Shown in pieces: positions 49,803 through 58,892 of a stretch of 64,000 nt of DNA. Positions within the stretch are counted from its first letter, which is position 1; each line of letters opens with the position of its first letter. The DNA comes from a virus: IMG/VR virus record IMGVR_UViG_3300008114_000042, positions 34,865 through 98,864 of that record. The stretch is one strand, 5' to 3'. The notes under the pieces are model-generated. The model was not told where the DNA came from. It searched no databases and saw only the letters and a list, made by a program, of their open reading frames with translations. Position numbers and translations under genes: made by a program.

Positions 49803-50693
49803 ATGAAGCATATGAAACTTGGAATGAACATCACGCTAGACAATGCAAACCCCGATGTGGATGTTGTGCGCCTCTGGGATGTAGGCGTTCATTGGGGCGC
49901 TATTCACACTGCTCCCGGCGTATTCAACTGGGACAGGCTGGACAGGCTTGTCGCGTTCTATAGTGGGAAGAAAATAGTCTATGTCGTGTCTGGCACTCCT
50001 GCGTGGGCAGCACACAACCCCCATACCACCACCGCAGCACCGTGGCTCGGGCCGGGTAGTAACAGTATGCCTTCCAAACTTACCCACTTCACCGCCTTCA
50101 TGGACGCACTCGTCACACGCTACCATGGGCGCATCTGGTGCTATGAGATAGGAAACGAGCCACAACTCGCAGAGTTCATGGACCCTGCCGAATGGAAGGC
50201 ACACGGCCCCAACATTCTTGCGATAATGACCGTGCTCGCTGCCTCTTCCATCAAGGCTATCGACCCGTCGGCGCAGATCATCTCTGCGTCAGTCCTCCCC
50301 CGTGCATCAAGCGGCGGGATGCGCAAGGCGATGAAGTTGCTTGCGGCATTCAAGAACCATAAAGTAGATAACGTTGTTGATGGTTATGCTGTTCATCTCT
50401 ACCCAAGGAAGGCGATAAAGGAAACCTTCTCAATGCTCATCAGAGACACGCAGGCGGCATTTGTAAATAGTGGGCTCCATCACCACCCACTATGGGTTAC
50501 GGAGGCTCTGCCTGCCCTTCTAGAAGCAGGAGGGGCTATTGGTGACCTCACCGGGGTCTATAAGACGATAAATCAGACATCACATTCATCCTTCCCCATT
50601 CAGGAATGGATGTGGTACGCCTACAACAGACCAGACCTCAAGGGTATTACTGTCACCGATGAAGTCATCGGTATCCTTCGTGGTATAATGTAA
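49803..50693 (+). CDS. clan GH-A glycoside hydrolase (GH5/GH39-like)
   Basis: 'VRLWD', 'YEIGNEP' acid/base, 'VHLY', 'LWVTE' nucleophile. Confidence 0.8.
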   Translation: MKHMKLGMNITLDNANPDVDVVRLWDVGVHWGAIHTAPGVFNWDRLDRLVAFYSGKKIVYVVSGTPAWAAHNPHTTTAAPWLGPGSNSMPSKLTHFTAFMDALVTRYHGRIWCYEIGNEPQLAEFMDPAEWKAHGPNILAIMTVLAASSIKAIDPSAQIISASVLPRASSGGMRKAMKLLAAFKNHKVDNVVDGYAVHLYPRKAIKETFSMLIRDTQAAFVNSGLHHHPLWVTEALPALLEAGGAIGDLTGVYKTINQTSHSSFPIQEWMWYAYNRPDLKGITVTDEVIGILRGIM

Positions 50694-50718
50694 CCATACT
50701 TATAGGGAGTGAAAATGC

Positions 50719-50934
50719 ATGAAACTACCAACGAGCGCACACGTATGGCTAGGAATGGCTCTATTGACAGGAATGCTGTTCTTGGGCGTCGGCGGGGCCA
50801 TTGCAGCGATAGAAGGAAATGGACCTACTGACGGGATGATTACTGCCGTCAGCACGCTTCTCTCTACCCTCGCTGGTGGTCTTATCGGTGGGGCAGCAGG
50901 GTATCAAGCAGGAAAGAACAACAAGGAGGAATAA
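50719..50934 (+). CDS. small two-TM membrane protein (holin-like)
   Basis: Two hydrophobic segments, charged C-terminus. Confidence 0.5.
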   Translation: MKLPTSAHVWLGMALLTGMLFLGVGGAIAAIEGNGPTDGMITAVSTLLSTLAGGLIGGAAGYQAGKNNKEE

Positions 50935-51302
50935 TGAGTTTTCCAGTAATCCACAACTTCGACCATTATTACAAGGACACACTAGAGTTTCTCCTTGTCC
51001 CCCGTAACCGGGACGGTAGTCTATTTGACCTTACGGACTTTGAGGCAACTGCCAATATTGCAAGTGATCGCAGAGGACCAGACAACCCAACTGCTGCACC
51101 GGACCTCACACCGCAGAAAGCGGAGATAAGAAATGGAAAGGTCGCTGTTGCTTTTGATACTATCAACCTAGATCAGCCTGAGGACTGGACTACTCCTTGG
51201 GTCTACGATGTCCAGATAAAGACAAAGGTAGGTGTGTCTCCACCAAGGACGCACACCCTCATCACAGGAAACCTCAGCGTGATGGGTGATGTGTCCCCAT
51301 GA
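50934..51302 (+). CDS. virion-associated adaptor-type protein
   Basis: 'FDLTDF...YDVQI...LITG' pattern typical of fibre-attachment proteins. Confidence 0.6.
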   Translation: MSFPVIHNFDHYYKDTLEFLLVPRNRDGSLFDLTDFEATANIASDRRGPDNPTAAPDLTPQKAEIRNGKVAVAFDTINLDQPEDWTTPWVYDVQIKTKVGVSPPRTHTLITGNLSVMGDVSP

Positions 51303-51712
51303 TGACCATTGACGTTATCGTGGAAGATTCTCAACTCCTTGTACTCGCAGGGCCACAGGTCATTGAACTACAAACCGATGTTGGACCTACTGGCAGACGA
51401 GGAAGCCTTATCTTCATGGGAGCGGGGACTCCTTCTAACGCTACTCTGCCTCCCAACCAAACCATCCAAGAGTACGACGCATACATCGACACTTCTACCA
51501 AGAAGATGTTTCAGTTTGAAGTCAAAGCAGGCGGCGGTACATGGGTAGAAAAGATGGACCTTACAACTACCGTCGTAGGTGGTGGATCAGGAGGGTCATC
51601 GCTACATCCTTCTCCATCACCGTCTGTCGGTGTGGGGCCGGAAGGCACTGTTCTTGCTACTATCGGAGGCGTAGCCAAATGGGTGCCTCTGTCGCAGGTA
51701 GGTACTTCTTGA
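51299..51712 (+). CDS. virion-associated hypothetical protein
   Basis: 'GPTGRRGSLIF.G.G.P...D.YID'. Confidence 0.6.
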   Translation: MMTIDVIVEDSQLLVLAGPQVIELQTDVGPTGRRGSLIFMGAGTPSNATLPPNQTIQEYDAYIDTSTKKMFQFEVKAGGGTWVEKMDLTTTVVGGGSGGSSLHPSPSPSVGVGPEGTVLATIGGVAKWVPLSQVGTS

Positions 51713-51752
51713 CGTGGTATAATAACACTATCACACTTGGAGGAAACCCGCT

Positions 51753-54700
51753 ATGACTACACCACTACCCGACGCACCATGGGAAGATACTTACTACTGG
51801 GATGGGGTTACTTGGTGGAAGGCGTCGTGGGGACAGCGACCAACCCCCTATGCTGTTGTTGGTCCCACCGGACCCAAGGGTGATAAAGGCGATACAGGTT
51901 TACAAGGCCCACCCGGTAGTGCTCTTCATGCTAGTGGAGTTGTGCCTACATCTTCCTACCTTCATCAGACTCGTCCACTGGATACTCTCATCACCCAGAA
52001 TGATGGTCATGTATGGGTGTATCAACCGAATAGCCGTAGTGCCTACCAGAACACTCACATAAAAGGCCAGCATTTCCTCCCCGATATTGCCAACCCCAAC
52101 TTCGATGGTTCTCAGCCAGTAGACCCAACAAACAACCCCAAGACTATCCCTGATCCCCGCATCGGATGGGTAGACCTAGGTGCCATGACTGGCCCACAGG
52201 GTCTCACTGGTCCTCCCGGCAGGACAGTCTCCATCGCCTTCGAATACGATGGAGCGAGCGTCGTTGACTACGTTGACGCCAAGGCAGACCCCGGACGCTA
52301 TCAGCCCCTCAGGGACTGGTCACTTCCCACTCCCAAGGACCCCAACGGAGTTCCCTATGATGAGGTGTGGATTCTTCCCATGGTCGCCGGTCCAGAAGGG
52401 CCAGAAGGACCTGTAGGACCCGAAGGACCTCAGGGTAGAGATGTAGACATCCCCAACCCGCAGAAGGGCTACATTATCACCAACAGGGACGGAAGCCTAT
52501 CCGCAGAGTGGGTAGACCCAGCAGACATTCAGTGGGTAAGGAACGATGCCACCCATCCTCTCAAGGACGGAGATGTCCCAGTTTACGATGTCGCTGCTGG
52601 ATTCTCACAGAACTACTGGGTAGGCAAGACTCCTACACTCGCAGGAGACTTGTCCGGTGACGCTTTCCTCAGGGACGTTATTCCTAATTCCAGCCTAAAA
52701 AATGGAGACATCGTAAAGTACGACACTCTCTCATCCTTATTCATTATCGATTCTCAGAGCCTAGTTGAGCACAGCGACGTGGTTCTTGGAAAGCCCCTCA
52801 ACAAGGGGGAGACACTTACTTGGGCTGTTGACCCAGATGGGACACACGGACGTTGGGAGAACCAAATGTCTGGTGTCTCCACAAAGTACGTCGATGACGC
52901 AGTAAGCGCAGCCGTTCTTGGTCTATCTCATGGTGTTTCAGTAAAGTCCTATCGCTCCACTCCACCTACTTCCCCCGCAGAGGGTGATGTCTACATCATC
53001 AAGCCGGGAGATACTACCAATCCTGTTACAGGTGACTGGGTAGGGCATGAGAATGCTCTTGCTGTGTGGCATGTTGTAGGAGCAAAGGGGTCGTGGACAT
53101 TTGACCCTGCTACCTCCGCAACCAAGCCAAAGGAAGGTCAGTCCCATCTAGTAGAAGACACCTACATGCTTATGGCATGGAGCGACAACTCAGATGGTAA
53201 GGGCACTGGTGCGTGGGTAAAGGCAGCACTCGCATCCACAAGTGGCGGCGGCAGTTATGGTGTAGGCGAAATCGCCATGTTCCCCAAATCAGCAGGACTA
53301 CCATCCTCCTACCTTGTATGCGACGGCTCTACCTTTGATATCACAACTTACAAAGAACTCTATGAGTTTCTGGGGAACAGTAATGTCCTACCAGACCTTC
53401 GGGGTAAGTTTGTAAGAGGTTGGACTTCCACCCGTCTACCCTTGACAGCAGAAGCACAGGCAACTGCCAAGCCTACTACTGGTCTTGCGAGGGGTAGTGT
53501 GATTGCAGAAGAGGATGCTGCTCGCAACCCTTCTGTTACTATTGCTGGCGAAGCAGGACACACTCACGGGTTCCACACAAATGATGATGGAAACCACAAC
53601 CATAGCATAACCATAGACCAGCAGGGCTCCCACGTCCATGTTCAACTTCTGGGTGCGCACGACGGCAACACAAACTTCACCTCTTGGGGGAGGGCGTCGG
53701 CAGCCCCCAACCCAATCAAGTGGTACGCCCCCGGTGGCAACATGGAAGCAGCCGGTGATCATAGTCATACCGCCACCGCTGGACACCCCGGTCACCACTC
53801 ACACGCAGGCACTACAAATGCTGGTGCTTCTCACACTCACACAGCAACGGTAGGCAACCACTGGCATAATGTTGACTTCCGTGCTGACTGGGATGATGAA
53901 ACTCGTCCTGCTAACATAGCAGTTGTCTACGCCATTAGAGCGTTCCCCATTGCCTCAGGCGCAGTAGGAAGGCAAGGTGTTCAGGGGCCCAAGGGTGACA
54001 AGGGCGACAAGGGAGATACAGGACCAATAGGAAAGGGACTGCAAATAAACACCACCGTGAAGGACAAGACCGTCCTACCATCTCCTCCACAGGCAAACCC
54101 AATGGATATGATCCTTACCCTTGACACAAAGCATCTATGGATTTATGACCCAACCAATCCCAAGGCAGAAACCACAACTGGTCCCGGTAAGGCAACTATT
54201 GGATGGGCCGACCTCGGAGCACTTGGTAGTGAGGTCATAAGTGGTGGAACGATGGTCGGCGCTATTGCCTACTTCCCCGCTACTGCTATGCCCAAGGGAT
54301 GGTTGATGTGTAATGGACAGCAGTTTAGTGCTGCTGACTACCCAGAACTCGCCAAGTATTTCAAGGATGCAGGCATTCACCCAGTCGATCGCACACCAGA
54401 CCTACGAGGTCAGTTTGTCAGGGTACTGAGTGCAGGACATATTCCATTAGAGATGGTGCAGTTCTCCACCGCCATTCCCAAGACACTCTTTACCTTTACT
54501 AACACTCTTGCTGCGACAGCAGAAGCGGCAGGCAACCACAATCACAGCACGAATACCTCTGCTGGTGGTGACCATACTCATAATACTGATAGGCCGGGAA
54601 ACCACTCCCACGCAGCGACGGTAGATAGTCAAGGAGCACATACTCACGGCTACAACCATGTCAACCTACACGACCATAACTGGAAGGGTGGAGGTGGATG

Positions 54701-57380
54701 GTCTGCTGATGCTACGGCAATAGGGCCATACGCAAACACTACCACTTCGGCAGGAGGACATACCCACAACATTACTGTCCCTGATAATGGAAACCATACT
54801 CACACAGCACTATCAAGTGGAAACCATTCCCATACTATTACCGCAGAAGCAGCACATACTCATACCATTACTGGTACGGTTACGACAGTTATGGGTGGTG
54901 GAGATACTGAAACTGCTCCCCAGCACATCTACCTTGTAGCAGCCATTTGTGGCAAGGATAGCGGCCTTATGGGTGAGGCAGGGCCACCCGGACCAGCAGG
55001 CCCACCCGGTCAGACGCTTGTAGCAAAGGGCGTAGTAGCGACAGTAGCAGACTTGAAGAAGATCGCCTCTCCTGTTGCCATGGACGCTCACCTTGTCCAA
55101 GACACCGGAGACCTATGGGTCTACGAGCCAAACGTTACTCCCGCAAGCACCGTAGCACCGGGATGGGTCAATATGGGGCACATCCAAGGGCCAAAGGGCG
55201 ATCAGGGCGTCGGACTTCCTACAGGCGGTCTACCCGGTCAGATAGTCTCCAAGACAGCAACATCAACGGCGTGGATTGACAACGACCCACTACCCAAGGG
55301 CACAACACAGGGAGATTCACTTGTGTGGAACGCCACCACCAATAAGTGGGAAGTGGGCGCACCAGCAGGCAAGTGGCAGGAAGAGCAGACAGAGTACAGA
55401 GGTGTAGGTGCCTTTGCTCCTGCCAATATCAACAACAAGGCAAACAACTATGGAATGCCTGCCGGTACTCTTCCTGATCCGAAGGTAGAGAAGCCAAAGG
55501 CAGGAGACCTTTACATTAATACCGGCGCTCCCGCAGAGATAGTCTACTTCTCAGAGACCAACACCGGCCTTTCCTACTACACAGAGACTCGTGAGATAGG
55601 TGCCACCGCCAAACTTCCGCAGGTATTGGGAACAAAGGACGGTAAGAAGTGGGAAGCAATAGACTCCCCACAGGTCCTCACTATTGCTGATGTCAAGGCA
55701 GAGATAGACAAGAGCGTGTCTGGTTTGACTCACGGCCTTGCTGTCATCGACATTACCAATAACCCACCAGCAACACAGACACTTGAAGACCTCTACATCG
55801 TAGGCTCATCCCCCATCGGTGCGTGGTTAGGACAGGCAAACCAACTCGCACACTGGGACGGTGCGAAGTGGGTCTTCACAGCACCAGTCAAGGGAGAAAC
55901 CCATCTCAACGACAACGGTAATGAGAACTGGACTTGGAATGGTACTGCTTGGGTCAAGGTTTCCAACGGTATCGTAGCAAAGGTAGGCGCTGGCTCTATG
56001 ATAGGAGCAGTAGCATTCTTCCCTGTTACTTCCCTGCCTAATGGATGGTTGGAGTGCAACGGACAGACATTCAGCGCTACTACCTACCCCGAACTCGCAA
56101 AACTCTTTTCCTCGCTTACTGTTCCTGACTTGCGAGGCCAGTTCATCCGGGCAAAAAATGTAAGTCAGACTGCCCTTACCAAGGTTGCAGGGTCTACGGC
56201 AAAGCCTACTGTGGGTCTTTCTACTGGGTCGGTGTTCGCTTCGGCTGGTGTTCATTCGCAGCACGGTCACACGGCTGCGGTGACAGACTCGCAGGGCGGG
56301 CATCGGCACATTGAAGGTGGCACGCACTGGCACCTGAGTGACATGCCTTGGGGCGGTGTCAATGCAACCGACGGTGTATCTGGGCCACTCCCACATGAGT
56401 CAGGCTGGCGGCATCCGTATACCGGCAGCGCTGGCGAGCACACTCACTCCATCACCGTGACGGCTGGCGGTGACCATTGGCACGACGTAGAGTTCCGTGC
56501 TGCTTGGGACAGCGAAACTGCACCACAGCACATCCTTATGGTTGCTGCTATCTGTGCCATGGATATGGGAACAGAAGGTCAGAGAGGACAGACAGGGCCC
56601 CAAGGGACACCCGGACTTAACGGTCAGAAGGGTGATAAGGGTGATAAGGGTGATGCTGGCGAGACACTTAAGGTTTCTGGTGCTGTAATAAACAAAGCAG
56701 GACTCCCTGCTACTCCATCACCACTTACCGTGCTTATCACGCAGGACGACTCGCATCTGTGGATTTACGATCCCACATCAAGCGCAGCAAGTGCAGTAGT
56801 ACCTATTGGATGGGTAGATATGGGAAAGGTCCAAGGACCCGCTGGACCGCAGGGTATAGCAGGAGCGACCGGAACCATCACTATCTCCAAGGTAAAGCAT
56901 CTTGCCTCTGGTGCTACTCCTACCGTCGTCAACACAGGAACGCCAGATGCGGCAGTTTTGGAAATAGGCATCCCCGAAGGCCAAACTGGGCCACCCGGTC
57001 CTGCCGGTCCAGCAGGCACAGCAGCAACCATCACTATCGGAACAGTCGCCACTCTTGCTCTACCCAGCGATCCTGCGACGGTAAGGAATAGTGGGACTGC
57101 CTCAGCAGCAATCCTTGACTTCGAACTCCCCAAGGGAGATAAGGGCGACACAGGAGCAGCAGGCAGGGATGGTGACGACGGATATACTGTTTGGAAGAAG
57201 GCACAACTTGCTCTCACTCCACCAGCAACCAATGTAGCACTATCAGACTACATGGATGCTATCAGGGGACCAAAGGGAGATGATGGCACTTCCATTACAA
57301 TATGGAGGGGAACTCAGGCAGCGTTTGATGCGCTTGGTACTCAAAGCGCAACAACTCTCTACCTGATTGAAAAGCCATGA
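51753..57380 (+). CDS. large fibre protein: collagen-like repeats, two DUF2793-like domains, three tail-collar + His-x-His modules
   Basis: G-X-Y runs; 'G.I..F.....P.GWL.C.G.......Y.EL...PDLRG.F.R' three times; about 20 HxH motifs. Confidence 0.88.
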   Translation: MTTPLPDAPWEDTYYWDGVTWWKASWGQRPTPYAVVGPTGPKGDKGDTGLQGPPGSALHASGVVPTSSYLHQTRPLDTLITQNDGHVWVYQPNSRSAYQNTHIKGQHFLPDIANPNFDGSQPVDPTNNPKTIPDPRIGWVDLGAMTGPQGLTGPPGRTVSIAFEYDGASVVDYVDAKADPGRYQPLRDWSLPTPKDPNGVPYDEVWILPMVAGPEGPEGPVGPEGPQGRDVDIPNPQKGYIITNRDGSLSAEWVDPADIQWVRNDATHPLKDGDVPVYDVAAGFSQNYWVGKTPTLAGDLSGDAFLRDVIPNSSLKNGDIVKYDTLSSLFIIDSQSLVEHSDVVLGKPLNKGETLTWAVDPDGTHGRWENQMSGVSTKYVDDAVSAAVLGLSHGVSVKSYRSTPPTSPAEGDVYIIKPGDTTNPVTGDWVGHENALAVWHVVGAKGSWTFDPATSATKPKEGQSHLVEDTYMLMAWSDNSDGKGTGAWVKAALASTSGGGSYGVGEIAMFPKSAGLPSSYLVCDGSTFDITTYKELYEFLGNSNVLPDLRGKFVRGWTSTRLPLTAEAQATAKPTTGLARGSVIAEEDAARNPSVTIAGEAGHTHGFHTNDDGNHNHSITIDQQGSHVHVQLLGAHDGNTNFTSWGRASAAPNPIKWYAPGGNMEAAGDHSHTATAGHPGHHSHAGTTNAGASHTHTATVGNHWHNVDFRADWDDETRPANIAVVYAIRAFPIASGAVGRQGVQGPKGDKGDKGDTGPIGKGLQINTTVKDKTVLPSPPQANPMDMILTLDTKHLWIYDPTNPKAETTTGPGKATIGWADLGALGSEVISGGTMVGAIAYFPATAMPKGWLMCNGQQFSAADYPELAKYFKDAGIHPVDRTPDLRGQFVRVLSAGHIPLEMVQFSTAIPKTLFTFTNTLAATAEAAGNHNHSTNTSAGGDHTHNTDRPGNHSHAATVDSQGAHTHGYNHVNLHDHNWKGGGGWSADATAIGPYANTTTSAGGHTHNITVPDNGNHTHTALSSGNHSHTITAEAAHTHTITGTVTTVMGGGDTETAPQHIYLVAAICGKDSGLMGEAGPPGPAGPPGQTLVAKGVVATVADLKKIASPVAMDAHLVQDTGDLWVYEPNVTPASTVAPGWVNMGHIQGPKGDQGVGLPTGGLPGQIVSKTATSTAWIDNDPLPKGTTQGDSLVWNATTNKWEVGAPAGKWQEEQTEYRGVGAFAPANINNKANNYGMPAGTLPDPKVEKPKAGDLYINTGAPAEIVYFSETNTGLSYYTETREIGATAKLPQVLGTKDGKKWEAIDSPQVLTIADVKAEIDKSVSGLTHGLAVIDITNNPPATQTLEDLYIVGSSPIGAWLGQANQLAHWDGAKWVFTAPVKGETHLNDNGNENWTWNGTAWVKVSNGIVAKVGAGSMIGAVAFFPVTSLPNGWLECNGQTFSATTYPELAKLFSSLTVPDLRGQFIRAKNVSQTALTKVAGSTAKPTVGLSTGSVFASAGVHSQHGHTAAVTDSQGGHRHIEGGTHWHLSDMPWGGVNATDGVSGPLPHESGWRHPYTGSAGEHTHSITVTAGGDHWHDVEFRAAWDSETAPQHILMVAAICAMDMGTEGQRGQTGPQGTPGLNGQKGDKGDKGDAGETLKVSGAVINKAGLPATPSPLTVLITQDDSHLWIYDPTSSAASAVVPIGWVDMGKVQGPAGPQGIAGATGTITISKVKHLASGATPTVVNTGTPDAAVLEIGIPEGQTGPPGPAGPAGTAATITIGTVATLALPSDPATVRNSGTASAAILDFELPKGDKGDTGAAGRDGDDGYTVWKKAQLALTPPATNVALSDYMDAIRGPKGDDGTSITIWRGTQAAFDALGTQSATTLYLIEKP

Positions 57381-58072
57381 GCGTACTGAATGCTCCCAAG
57401 ACTTTGCGTGCCTTCTATAACAGCAAGGAGTTGAGCCGTATCTATCTTGGTTCTGACCAGATATGGCCTGTTGTTGTTGTGACCAAAAAGGTAGCGACAC
57501 CGTTCCTTGTGCCGTCGAACGAGTTGCAGGACTACCTCGAAGATGGCAGCGAGATGGTTCCGCTGATGGCTGGTGGACCGCCTGCGCTGGTCACGGACGG
57601 TACGGCGATCTTCGCGGTGGGCTTGCAGGGCAACGTTCCCGCGTTCGGCGCGAACGATGCTCGGGTGCACCTGAGGGCAGCGTCGGACGCTGGCACCTAC
57701 TACCGGATGATGTGCTACAGCGACGATGACACGTGGGACAAGGTTATGAGTCCCGACGGCACGGTCAAGTCGTGGGGCCTAGACCGGGTGAAGAGCACGA
57801 TCATCAAGGACATCGATCCCAATTCACCAGAAGCCCACTACGGCACGTACTTCGCGCTGACCCCGATCCACCCGTTCAAGTACGGGACGAACGCTGACGA
57901 CAACTGGACCGACGGTAGTGGTCACGCACCGGAGTTCGGTGGCATCGTCCCCCCGAGGAAATACTGGGCGCAAGATCAGATCGACATTCAGGCTGTGACT
58001 AGTGACTCTGCCCCCACCGAAGCCGTTCACTTCATCGTCGTCATCTTTACCCTGACAGAGGCAAGTCCGTGA
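57377..58072 (+). CDS. fibre-associated protein
   Basis: 'IYLGSDQIWP' N-terminal motif; GC-richer internal segment. Confidence 0.6.
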   Translation: MSVLNAPKTLRAFYNSKELSRIYLGSDQIWPVVVVTKKVATPFLVPSNELQDYLEDGSEMVPLMAGGPPALVTDGTAIFAVGLQGNVPAFGANDARVHLRAASDAGTYYRMMCYSDDDTWDKVMSPDGTVKSWGLDRVKSTIIKDIDPNSPEAHYGTYFALTPIHPFKYGTNADDNWTDGSGHAPEFGGIVPPRKYWAQDQIDIQAVTSDSAPTEAVHFIVVIFTLTEASP

Positions 58073-58209
58073 TAGAGAACATCGTGGCAAGGATAAGAGC
58101 ACAGATAAGCAACTACCTTATAGGCAAGTCCGACTATGAAGTAGGGTATGATAGAGGCTTGAAGAAGGCAATACAAATCATAGAAGAAGAAGAAGAAGAT
58201 GTAACATGA
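58069..58209 (+). CDS. small hypothetical protein
   Basis: 'SDYEVGYDRGLKKAIQII', paralog of the ORF ending at 28916. Confidence 0.5.
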   Translation: MIENIVARIRAQISNYLIGKSDYEVGYDRGLKKAIQIIEEEEEDVT

Positions 58210-58428
58210 GAGCACTTTATTTAGATGTAGTGAAGGAACGAGACACAATCTTCTTCGTTACCCCATGAGGCAACTCAAATAGTCATCTGGTATAATGATA
58301 GTTGCACAACCTATTAACAGGAGGCATTACTATGAGCGAGCAGCCAGTTCTTCACGTCGATGAGGATGGAAACGAATACGAGCCACTGCCCTTCGAAGAC
58401 GGGCACGAGGAAGATAAGGATGAAGACA

Positions 58429-58830
58429 ATGCGTGATGTAAAGTCAGCACTTGCGTGGATGCACGATCAGTCCCTACATGGAGGCCCAAAGTGGCAGCAC
58501 AAATGCCAGTCCAGTGTGCGCAGCGCACTCGGTCTTCCTGCGTGGGCAACATCGGCTCGCAAGGCATATGAGATGACCCCGAAGTCAGAACTACACTACA
58601 CCCCAGTATCCGAAGTACCAACAGGCGCAATATGTTATGGTCTTTTGAATACCACCTATGGTCATGCTTGGCTTGCGGCGGGTAATGGAATGGGATACTC
58701 CGTAGACTACAAGCGTAGAGGATATATTGACCTTTGCCCACTGTCTCTTCCAGCATGGACGAAGGACAATAAGGTCCACTGGTCTACATGGACTCCTATG
58801 GGTCATGTGAAGGTCGTAAAACCACGGTAG
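58429..58830 (+). CDS. Cys-His (CHAP/NlpC-P60-like) peptidoglycan hydrolase
   Basis: 'KCQSSVR', 'SA..A', 'P.GA', 'YGHAW'. Confidence 0.7.
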   Translation: MRDVKSALAWMHDQSLHGGPKWQHKCQSSVRSALGLPAWATSARKAYEMTPKSELHYTPVSEVPTGAICYGLLNTTYGHAWLAAGNGMGYSVDYKRRGYIDLCPLSLPAWTKDNKVHWSTWTPMGHVKVVKPR

Positions 58831-58892
58831 TCAATAACTCCTATGGTATAATAGGCAGTGACGTAAGTCAATAACTTATAGGAGTCATCACT

